Shown here piece by piece: positions 7,358 to 15,800 of a stretch of DNA of 27,959 bases. The translations under genes were made by a program, and so were the position numbers. Position 1 is the stretch's first letter; the number at the start of each line of letters is the position of its first letter. The notes beneath the pieces were generated by a model. The model saw only the letters and a list, made by a program, of their open reading frames with translations, did no database searches and was not told the DNA's origin. Source of the DNA: Bdellovibrionota bacterium (GTDB lineage Bacteria > Bdellovibrionota_C > UBA2361); the NCBI GenBank assembly GCA_044352465.1, contig JBILDU010000035.1, positions 1-27,959 on the forward strand. The letters are read 5' to 3'.

Positions 7358-9295
7358 ATGAGTCAGTCCAGTCACACCGGGCCCGAGCTCCCGATGAGCG
7401 TTGAGCCGCATTCGCATATCGCCTCGTCTTTACAGTTAGTGATCGCTGGCGGGAGTACGCTGGCGATCGTGACCCATCTGGTGATGCGGTTTGGGTTCGG
7501 TATCACCGGCTGGCCAGTTGAGGCCCCGCTTCTTGGAGCGATATTCCTCGGCGCGCCTCTGGTGTGGGAGTTAGCCAAAAATCTTGTGCGCGGAAATTTT
7601 GGCTCCGACCTTTTAGCCGGTATATCGATTACGACGGCACTCCTTCTCGGTGAATACCTGGCTGGTGCTTTAGTCGTCTTGATGCTCTCCGGTGGAGCGG
7701 TGCTCGAAAGCTTTGCGGCAGGGCGCGCCTCTTCGGTGCTTCAGGCTCTGGCTCGGCGTATGCCGCGGATCGCCCATCGAAAGGTGAATGGCCAACTGAC
7801 CGATATTAACACTGCCGATATCGTTGTGGGGGATGAGCTCGTGGTTCTCCCGCACGAGCTGTGTCCGGTCGATGGTATCGTCATCGCGGGACAAGGAGCG
7901 ATGGATGAATCCTATCTGACCGGCGAACCGTTTCTCATTGAGAAGACCCCTGGCTCGGATGTTATTTCGGGCGCAGTTAATGGGCAGGTTGCGCTGACGA
8001 TTCGGGCATCTCGGCTCGCCGTCGATTCTCGGTATGCGCGGATTATGCAGGTCATGCGCGAGACCGAGCTTCGTCAGCCGCCGCTCCGACGTTTGGGCGA
8101 TCGGTTGGGCGCGCTCTATACTCCGATCGCTCTGGCGATCGCGGGAGCAACCTGGCTTGTGACTGGGGAAGCCGATCGTTTTCTGGCTGTACTGGTCGTG
8201 GCAACGCCGTGCCCGCTGCTTATCGCTATACCGGTTGCCATCATTGGGGCGATATCACTGGCTGCACGCCGGGGAATTATTATCAAGAATCCAACGATCC
8301 TCGAGCAGCTACGGCGGTGTCGCACGATGATCCTTGATAAGACCGGAACGCTCACGTACGGAACGCCCGAGGTCTCGGCGGTTCGGTGTGGCCCGGGATT
8401 CGATGAGGCGACGGTGCTCCGTTATACGGCGAGTTTGGAACGCTACTCGAAACACCCGCTCGCAGAGGCGATCGTGAATCGAGGAAAGGCGCTCGGTGAT
8501 GTCTTACTTCCGGTAGACTCGCTCAGTGAGCGTCCCGGCGAAGGACTACACGGAGTTGTGGGGGGGCGTACCATTGAGGTAACGAGCCGAAAGAAACTCA
8601 CCGCCCGGGGCGACGCGGCGATGAGAGGGCTGCCGCCGACGCTGCCGGGGCTTGAGTGTGTGGTGCTCATCGATGGACAGTTTGGTGCGGCGATTCAATT
8701 TCACGATGCTATTCGGATCGATTCGCGCTCGTTTGTTCAACACCTCAGCACCCGGCACCACTTTGAGTCGGTGATGCTCGTCTCGGGTGACCGCGAAAGT
8801 GAGGTGCGTTATCTCGCCGAGGCAGTTGGAATTACGGATGTTCATGCGAGTCAAAGCCCTGAGGATAAAGTTGCTATCGTCGATCGTGAAACGGCGAAAT
8901 GCCCGACCGTCTTTGTCGGTGATGGAATTAACGATGCGCCGGCGCTTAAAGCGGCGACCGTTGGTGTCGCCTTCGGTAAGGGGAGTGAGATTACTAGTGA
9001 GGCTGCGGATGCGGTTGTTCTCGAGAGCTCGCTTGAGAAGGTGGATGAGCTCTTTCATATAAGTCACCGGATGTACTCCATCGCACTCCAGAGCGCGGTT
9101 GGGGGAATGGTGCTGAGCATCGGAGGGATGGGGCTCGCGGCCGGGGGGATTTTAACTCCGGTCATGGGAGCGGTGTTCCAAGAGGTTATCGATCTTCTCG
9201 CCGTTCTGAACGCCCTACGAGTAGCTGTGCCGCCAAAGGAACTCACTGACTTTGATAAGCCCGGTGTCGCGGCCTCCGGCCCGCGGGGGGGGTAG
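7358..9295 (+). CDS. Heavy-metal translocating P-type ATPase, P1B-5 subclass
   Basis: TGE (SYLTGEP), DKTGT, SKHP, GDGINDAPAL. Transmembrane motifs TPCP, QSAVGGMVLSIGGM (Qx4Gx3Sx3M) and PVMGAVFQEVIDLLAVLN (Px6QEx2Dx5N) match the P1B-5 signature. No N-terminal HMA domain. Confidence 0.93.
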   Translation: MSQSSHTGPELPMSVEPHSHIASSLQLVIAGGSTLAIVTHLVMRFGFGITGWPVEAPLLGAIFLGAPLVWELAKNLVRGNFGSDLLAGISITTALLLGEYLAGALVVLMLSGGAVLESFAAGRASSVLQALARRMPRIAHRKVNGQLTDINTADIVVGDELVVLPHELCPVDGIVIAGQGAMDESYLTGEPFLIEKTPGSDVISGAVNGQVALTIRASRLAVDSRYARIMQVMRETELRQPPLRRLGDRLGALYTPIALAIAGATWLVTGEADRFLAVLVVATPCPLLIAIPVAIIGAISLAARRGIIIKNPTILEQLRRCRTMILDKTGTLTYGTPEVSAVRCGPGFDEATVLRYTASLERYSKHPLAEAIVNRGKALGDVLLPVDSLSERPGEGLHGVVGGRTIEVTSRKKLTARGDAAMRGLPPTLPGLECVVLIDGQFGAAIQFHDAIRIDSRSFVQHLSTRHHFESVMLVSGDRESEVRYLAEAVGITDVHASQSPEDKVAIVDRETAKCPTVFVGDGINDAPALKAATVGVAFGKGSEITSEAADAVVLESSLEKVDELFHISHRMYSIALQSAVGGMVLSIGGMGLAAGGILTPVMGAVFQEVIDLLAVLNALRVAVPPKELTDFDKPGVAASGPRGG

Positions 9296-9418
9296 TCCGA
9301 TCGATGGGCCGACCTTTTCGGGGGCCCAACTTGCCTCACTTTTTGGGCCGAGGTGTCGTTCGCCAGGTCGTAAGACAAAAATTGTTTAAAAACACCCCGA
9401 ATAGTGTATCTTCCCGCC

Positions 9419-9997
9419 ATGTCGATCGAATACAGCCAATCACATCGAGATCGGGAGAGAGAACCGTCTCGCGAAATGAGTCAGCTACGCGAAGGAGTCT
9501 ATAAGCTTCTCAATCGTTCGCTGACGACTGAGACTCGGTTAGCGCTCATCGAAGTGGGGATGCCCGTTGGAGAGATCCCGTCTGTCGGCAATATGCTTGA
9601 GATGATCGCCGCTCCCGAGTTGCCCCTGCTCGATCGGGCGACTGCGATTGAGCGGGAGAGGTGGTGTGAGTGGGTCGCTCGCCTGATCGCGCTCTATCGC
9701 CAACACATCGAGTCAGAGGTCTTTCTGGGGAGTCCGAGCCGGGGTATTACGTTCGTCCAGTTCCTTGATTTTCCAGAGGGGGTCCCTCCGCCGGCAGAGC
9801 CGTTTTCGCGGAGTGATTACGCTGTTCTTTCTTTCAGCGCGGAGATCGCCCGGTCCCTCGGGGCGCGTTTGCGAGAGAGCGATGACCATAAAATCGGCGC
9901 TGCTTTCGATTTTGAATTACGCCGTTGTTCGACTCAACTCGATGATGTTGCAAACGGTGCGCTCGCCTGCAGTCGAACACTTTTTGATCAAGTTTAG
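9419..9997 (+). CDS. Hypothetical protein (about 192 aa, soluble-looking)
   Basis: The longest ORF filling the gap between the ATPase and the kinase; natural composition; preceded by an AT-rich promoter-like stretch. No family recognised. Confidence 0.65.
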   Translation: MSIEYSQSHRDREREPSREMSQLREGVYKLLNRSLTTETRLALIEVGMPVGEIPSVGNMLEMIAAPELPLLDRATAIERERWCEWVARLIALYRQHIESEVFLGSPSRGITFVQFLDFPEGVPPPAEPFSRSDYAVLSFSAEIARSLGARLRESDDHKIGAAFDFELRRCSTQLDDVANGALACSRTLFDQV

Positions 9998-10081
9998 AGG
10001 ATCCAACTTCGCTCACTATCGCCTCCTGTAGGTTTTTTCACCTGTCAGAGGTTGAGCGGGCGGGGTACGAGCGCGGCTCGC

Positions 10082-10135
10082 GCGCCTTTCAATAGATTTG
10101 TGCCCGATACCGCGTGAAAGGCGCACTATTTTTTT
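10082..10135 (+). terminator. Possible terminator between convergent genes
   Basis: 10-bp perfect stem GCGCCTTTCA (10082-10091) / TGAAAGGCGC (10115-10124) followed by ACTATTTTTTT. The 23-nt loop is atypically large. Confidence 0.4.
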
Positions 10136-10194
10136 ATCTGCTTTTCTTGGAACATCCTATCCTCCGGCAAGCGCGCTCCAAGCTTCGAAAAGCC

Positions 10195-12597
10195 TCAGCG
10201 TTCTCCCAGGGTAAGGGGCCGCGTGCACCCTTCGGAGGGAGCGGGATATTCCCCCCGGAGGACCTTTTCGACGAGTGTTCCGATTTGGCTCAATTCGTAC
10301 GGTTTCTGAATGAATGCGGCCATACCATCAACCATGATTTCATGGACAGCGTTGTTTTTAACATAGCCGGTCGACAGAATTGCTCGCACGTTTGAGTTAA
10401 TCGTTTTTAGTTGGCGGAAGCACTCCCGGGCCCCCATGCGCGGCATAACCATATCGAGGATGACCAGATCGATATCGTCGGCGTGGGCGGTGTAATATTC
10501 CAGCGCCTCAACTCCGTCATGGGCGGTGGTCACCTTATATCCAAGAGCGGCTAACATCTTCGCCGTTACTTGACGGACCACGGGATGATCGTCAACGACG
10601 AGGACGTTCCCGTTGCCGCTTGGTGGGCGAGTCGGTAGGGGGGTGGGAAGAAGCGCGGGGATAGGCTCGGTTGTCGGCAGGAGGATGCGGAATGTTGAGC
10701 CTTGGCCCTCAACGGAATAGACCGAAACAACACCACCGTGATTCCTGACGATTCCATACACCATGGCTAGGCCCATTCCGGTGCCACGGTCCGGCTCTTT
10801 GGTGGTAAAAAAAGGCTCGAAGATCTTTTGTCGTATCGGGGCTGGGATACCACAGCCGGTGTCGCGGACAGCTACCTCGAGATAGGTCCCCGGCTTTAGT
10901 CCTGGCTCGGGGAGAAGGTCTTCAGTCGCGAGCTCAAGGACGGTGGTTGTGATTGAAAGGATACCGCCTTCCGTTCCACCGGCCTCCCGGCTCATCGAGT
11001 CCCGAGCGTTGATAGCGAGGTTCAGGATGACCTGCTGCAGTTGGACCGGATCTCCCATCACGAATGAGTTGGTAGCGCTGCAATTCAGTCGAATCGAGAT
11101 GTTTCTCTCGATCGTGCGTTGCAGGATGGCGAGGGTCTCATCGATAGTCGAGTGAAGATTCACGGGGATGTTGTGGTGTTTTCCCTTGCGGGCAAATCCG
11201 AGGAGTTTCTGGGTGAGCGCCGCGGCGCGGTGAGCGGTGCCTTCGATAAGCTCGGCGGTTCTGATGACCTCGGGCAGTCGTTCGTTGGTCATTTTGAGGA
11301 GTGTTGTATAACCAAGAATTCCGGTGAGGAGATTGTTAAAGTCGTGGGAGATGCCCCCGGCGAGCTGGCCGATCGCTTCCATCTTCTGTGATTGGAGAAG
11401 CTGATCCTGAAGGATTTTCCGCTCAGTAATATCGGTCGATACACCAAGGACTCGTACCTCACCCGTACGGTTCATCACGATCGGTTTCTTGACCGTTTGA
11501 AGCCACCGAACCTTGCCGTGAACGTCGGTCATCCGTTCCTCAGCGATGAAGAGATGCTCGTGCTGCTCCATGACGCGACGGTCGTCGGTGCGAGCGCGCT
11601 CGATTTCCTCGGCGGGAACGTCGAAATGGGATTCGGTGTGTCCAACGAGGGCTCCCACTGTTGTCCCATAGGCATCTGCAACCGCCTGATTCGCTAAAGT
11701 GAAACGCCCACGCGCATCCTTAACGAAGATGAAATTCGGGTTGGCATCGACGACTTTGCGGAGGAATTTACGGCTGTCGATGAGTTTTTGATGGGCGCGT
11801 TTGAGCTCGGTTACATCCGACCCGTAGGCGTGGCCGAAGCCGTGATTGGGCAAGCCTCGAATAACAAAGTGGTAAAATCGGTCGTGGATTTTCGCGCTGC
11901 ATGTGTGGATCTCTCCAGCATGGATGCACCGCGGCAGATCGATCCGTGAGGCGCCCTCAATAACCGCAGCCAGGGGCGTCGCTTCCTCACGGGATAGTCC
12001 AAGGATATCTCCGGCTGCGGGGTTAGCAAATATAATCATGCCTGTGGCGTCGAACCTGAGGACCGGCGCTGGGCTGTAGCGCGCGAATGCAGCGAGGCGA
12101 TCGGCTTCGAGCGCGCCCTCCCTCCGGGCGGAGATATCGCGAACGACGCAGACGATCTGGTCGTGTGGTGTTGGCAAAAGGGTTACCTGCTGGGGGAAAA
12201 CCGAGCCATCGTGGCGTTGCCCCTCGGCCTCGATTGCGCAGCGCTTACCCCGGCGAAGAAGCGGGCGGACGGCGGCCTCAAGGCGGACCCTTTCCTCGAG
12301 GGAGTAGAGGGTCTGCCAATTGAGGCCGCGGATTTCGGGGGGAGTGGCATGATAGAGGGCCGCGAAAGAGGCATTAACATAGGTAAAGCAACCAGAGGTG
12401 TCGAGAATCGCAATTCCGTCGAGCGCGGACTCTAGAGCGAGGGAGCGTAGCGAGAGCTCACGTTGCACCGATTCCAGGGGCGAGGGGGGAGATTCACTTA
12501 CGCGGCGGTGATTGAACCGGCGAATCGATAAAATAATCCCACCGGTGAAGAGCGCCGCGAGAGACGCTGCGAGGAGTAGGGCTTGAAATGAAAACAT
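10195..12597 (-). CDS. PAS-domain hybrid sensor histidine kinase/response regulator (CckA-like architecture)
   Basis: One N-terminal TM, three PAS-like domains, [24 protein letters not shown]-box, NLAINARD N-box, [21 protein letters not shown]-terminal receiver (VVDD, LDMVMP, KP). SD GGAGG upstream of the ATG. Confidence 0.95.
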   Translation of the reverse strand: MFSFQALLLAASLAALFTGGIILSIRRFNHRRVSESPPSPLESVQRELSLRSLALESALDGIAILDTSGCFTYVNASFAALYHATPPEIRGLNWQTLYSLEERVRLEAAVRPLLRRGKRCAIEAEGQRHDGSVFPQQVTLLPTPHDQIVCVVRDISARREGALEADRLAAFARYSPAPVLRFDATGMIIFANPAAGDILGLSREEATPLAAVIEGASRIDLPRCIHAGEIHTCSAKIHDRFYHFVIRGLPNHGFGHAYGSDVTELKRAHQKLIDSRKFLRKVVDANPNFIFVKDARGRFTLANQAVADAYGTTVGALVGHTESHFDVPAEEIERARTDDRRVMEQHEHLFIAEERMTDVHGKVRWLQTVKKPIVMNRTGEVRVLGVSTDITERKILQDQLLQSQKMEAIGQLAGGISHDFNNLLTGILGYTTLLKMTNERLPEVIRTAELIEGTAHRAAALTQKLLGFARKGKHHNIPVNLHSTIDETLAILQRTIERNISIRLNCSATNSFVMGDPVQLQQVILNLAINARDSMSREAGGTEGGILSITTTVLELATEDLLPEPGLKPGTYLEVAVRDTGCGIPAPIRQKIFEPFFTTKEPDRGTGMGLAMVYGIVRNHGGVVSVYSVEGQGSTFRILLPTTEPIPALLPTPLPTRPPSGNGNVLVVDDHPVVRQVTAKMLAALGYKVTTAHDGVEALEYYTAHADDIDLVILDMVMPRMGARECFRQLKTINSNVRAILSTGYVKNNAVHEIMVDGMAAFIQKPYELSQIGTLVEKVLRGEYPAPSEGCTRPLTLGER

Positions 12598-12833
12598 GGT
12601 ACCTCCGCAACCGCTGCACGTGATTAGTTCCGCCGAGGGGGCGGGTAGAGTTTTTAAGAAAAACCTTCGGTTGCGCCCATGCTCGTAGGGGCAGAAGCGC
12701 GCGGAGTATTGTCACGATATCACTGCACCGTGACGTAGCCGAAGGAAATAAAAGTGTGTCGTGTCAAGTACTTGGAGGTGGTGGGTGGCGATCTGGTCGG
12801 GCCGGTCGCGACGTGTTACGACCTTCATTCAAA

Positions 12834-12847
12834 GGTTACCAGTAACC
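12834..12847. promoter_or_regulatory. Dyad, candidate operator
   Basis: GGTTAC-CA-GTAACC, 23 nt upstream of the macroglobulin ATG; a 2-nt spacer fits a DNA-binding site better than an RNA hairpin. Confidence 0.35.
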
Positions 12848-12870
12848 CCCTCATTCCTTAAGGATCCACG

Positions 12871-15800
12871 ATGAAAATCCCTGCTATTCGCCTCGGTCGT
12901 CTTGTTGGTGCAGCCGCGTGTGTCCTCGGTTCGCTGGCAGCGCTGGGAGCCCCCGCATATAGCGATGCCCCGTTGACGGTCACGTCGTTCTCTCCGACCG
13001 GGGTTGTGCGCGACGTTCGGCAGGTGCAGGTCGTTTTCTCGCAAGACGTTGTCCCGTTCGCCGATGGGCGTAGCGCCGTTGAGCCGTTCGCGGTTTCGTG
13101 TCACGAGTCCGGCCAAGGGCGGTGGATTGATGCGCGTACCTGGCTCTATGAGTTTCCGGCGGATCTTCCGAGTGGGAAGCGCTGCCGATTCACCCTTAAT
13201 GGGGAATTAAAAGCGTTGTCGGGTGCAACGCCAGCTGGTGCCGCTACCTTCACCTTTTCAACCGGAGGTCCAGTCATTGTCGCGGCTGATCCCTATCACG
13301 GGAGTGAGATCGAGGAAGAGCCCTATTTTAGGTTGTTTCTCAGTGGCCCTGTTGATGTGCGGTCGGTCGAGGAGAAGGTGAGCTTCATCAACAGTGGCAT
13401 CGAGAGTCCGATCGAGTCGGAAGTAGTGACGGGCGCATTGGCTGACGAGATCTGGGCTGCCAGTGGCGATACAACTCCGCCGGAGCAGCGGCTGATTATC
13501 AAACCGAAGCTTCGCTTAGCTCCGAACACGAAGCTGAAGCTGGTGTGGGGTGCTGGGGTGCGTGATCCCTCAGGCGAGGTGCTCGATACTGAGCAGGTGT
13601 ATGAGTTCAGTGTGCGGGGGCCGTTGACGGCGTCGGTCTGGTGTCAGCGAATTAATCCCACCGCCGGCTGCATCCCCTTCCTTCCCGTGACGCTAAATTT
13701 CTCTGCGCCTATTTCGATCGAGTCGGCTGGGAATGTGGTCTTGCGTGCTCCGAGCGGGCAAACCTGGAAAGCGTCGATGGAGGAGCTCCAGGCGAACGAG
13801 ATTATCTCAATGGATTTCGCCGGCCCCTTCCCTGAGTCGACTGATTTATCCGTCGATTTTCCGAGTGATCTGAAGGATGACATCGGTCGGCCGCTGGAGA
13901 TGGCGAAGCCGCTTATCGCGCGCATCGATGCAAGTCCTCCGCTGGCGAAGTTTCACGGCTCGTTTGGTATTATCGAGCGGGGTGAACAGCAGCTCTTGCC
14001 GATTACGGTGCGTAATATCGAGCCGGCGCTCGGTGTTTATCTCGAAAAAAGTGGTCGCCCTCTCCCGGCTGCGTTGCCAGCAAAAATGACCCGAGTCTCT
14101 TCCGCCGAAGAAATCCTTGAGCTTCTCGGGCGGGTGCGGCAATTTGAGCGCGGACGCTCGATCTTTGAAAAAACAGCCTCCACCCGTTTGGAGCGTTTAG
14201 AGGTCCCACGGACAAGCGGCGGGGCTCCGTTAGAGGTGGTGGGCATTCCTCTGAAAGCCCCGGGATTCTACGGTGTTGAGGTTGAGAGCCCTGCTCTGGG
14301 GCAGGGGTACCTCGAAGGTAAATCTTCTTATTTCGTCAGGACGGCGGCTCTCGTGACGGACCTGGCAGTGCACCTGAAAGTGGGTGCAGAGCGTTCGCTC
14401 GTATGGGTAAGTCGATTGCACAGTGGCGAGCCGGTTGCAGACGCGACCGTAACGGTCGCGGATTGTCGGGGTAAGGCACGGGCGAGTGGTCGCACCGATG
14501 CGCGGGGGGTGTTTTTAACCGAGACTCTACCGTCCTCGCTGGCGTATGAATATTGCCCCCCAGGACAGGCTGACTTCATTGCGCTTGCCACACACGGTGA
14601 TGATCTCTCTTTTGCCCTTTCCTCGTGGACCGATGGAATTGAGATGTGGCGGTTCGATCTGCCGACGGGCACGTGGGGTGACACCTTTGAGAGTGCGCAT
14701 ACCGTGCTCGCGCAGTCGCTCGTTCGTCGGGGTGACACGGTGAAGATGAAGCACCTCCTCCGTCGACGCACTGGTGAGGGGTTGAAGTTGCCCGAAGGGG
14801 GGCAGCCCACACTGGCTCGACTCACCCATCAGGGAAGTTACGAGCAGTTTGATATTCCCCTGAAGTGGCGGGGGAACGGCTCGGCGGAGAGTCAGTGGGC
14901 GGTGCCAGCCGGAGCAAAACTAGGCTCATACGCCATCTCTTTGGTGCGGACGAAGAAAGACGGTAGCATTGAGAGCCTCGAAAGCGGTTTGCTGCGAGTC
15001 GAAGACTATCGGGTCCCGCTCATGCGGGGGGTCGTCGCTCTTCCCGAGCAGGATATCGTGCGACCAACCGAGGTTCAGCTGACGGCTGCCGTCGCGTACC
15101 TCTCTGGAGGTGGTGCGCAGAAGCTTCCGGTCACCGTGCGATACAAACTGACACCACAGGATTCGATCTCATTTCGGGGGCTTGACGGCTACGCTTTCGG
15201 CACTGGCGTCGTGGAAACGGGCCGCAAAAAAGAGATCTATGAACCAAGCGAAGCGGAGGGTGCAACCGAGCCTCTCCTGACGAAGACAGCGGTCCTTGAT
15301 GATGCGGGGACAGCGGCGATATCGCTTGATGGGCTGACGCCGCTCAAGGGGCTCGGGCGTCTGTCGGCCGAGCTCGAGTATAAAGATGTCGCTGGATTCG
15401 TTCAGACAGTGAAAACAGCGGCGAATGTCTGGCCAGCTGAGACGATTCTTGGAATCAAGACCGGAACCTGGATATCGAAGGAGTCGGTTGAAGTTGAGCT
15501 TCTCGCGGTCTCTCCGCGGGGGGAGCGTCGGGCCGGTGTTCCTGTCTCTGTCGAACTCTACCGGGTGCAGGGCTATTCGCATCGTAAGAGGATCGTGGGT
15601 GGGGTGTATTCGTACGACAGTTACCGCGACACGAACCATGCCGGAACCCCCTGCTCGGGTAAGACCGATGAGACTGGCTTATTTCGTTGCACGGTGCGAA
15701 CGGGCGCTGCGGGAGAGTTTCTCCTTGAAGGGCGGACGACGGATGTATCGGGACGTCTTGCGGCGACCAATACGTCGCTGTGGATCACTCACAGTGGGCG

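Noticed and set aside
6973..7404. 143-aa ORF with RRKKTHRKKAHGKK repeats
   Set aside because: It overlaps both flanking genes, and the basic repeat is just the translation of the 15-bp DNA repeat.
12640..12750. c-di-GMP-II riboswitch (minus strand GAGCATGGGCGCAACCG resembles its 3' end)
   Set aside because: The 5' conserved elements are not recognisable; kept only as an unassigned structured-RNA candidate.
12834..12847. Bdellovibrio-type LexA box (TTAC-N3-GTAA)
   Set aside because: The spacer here is 2 nt, not 3.
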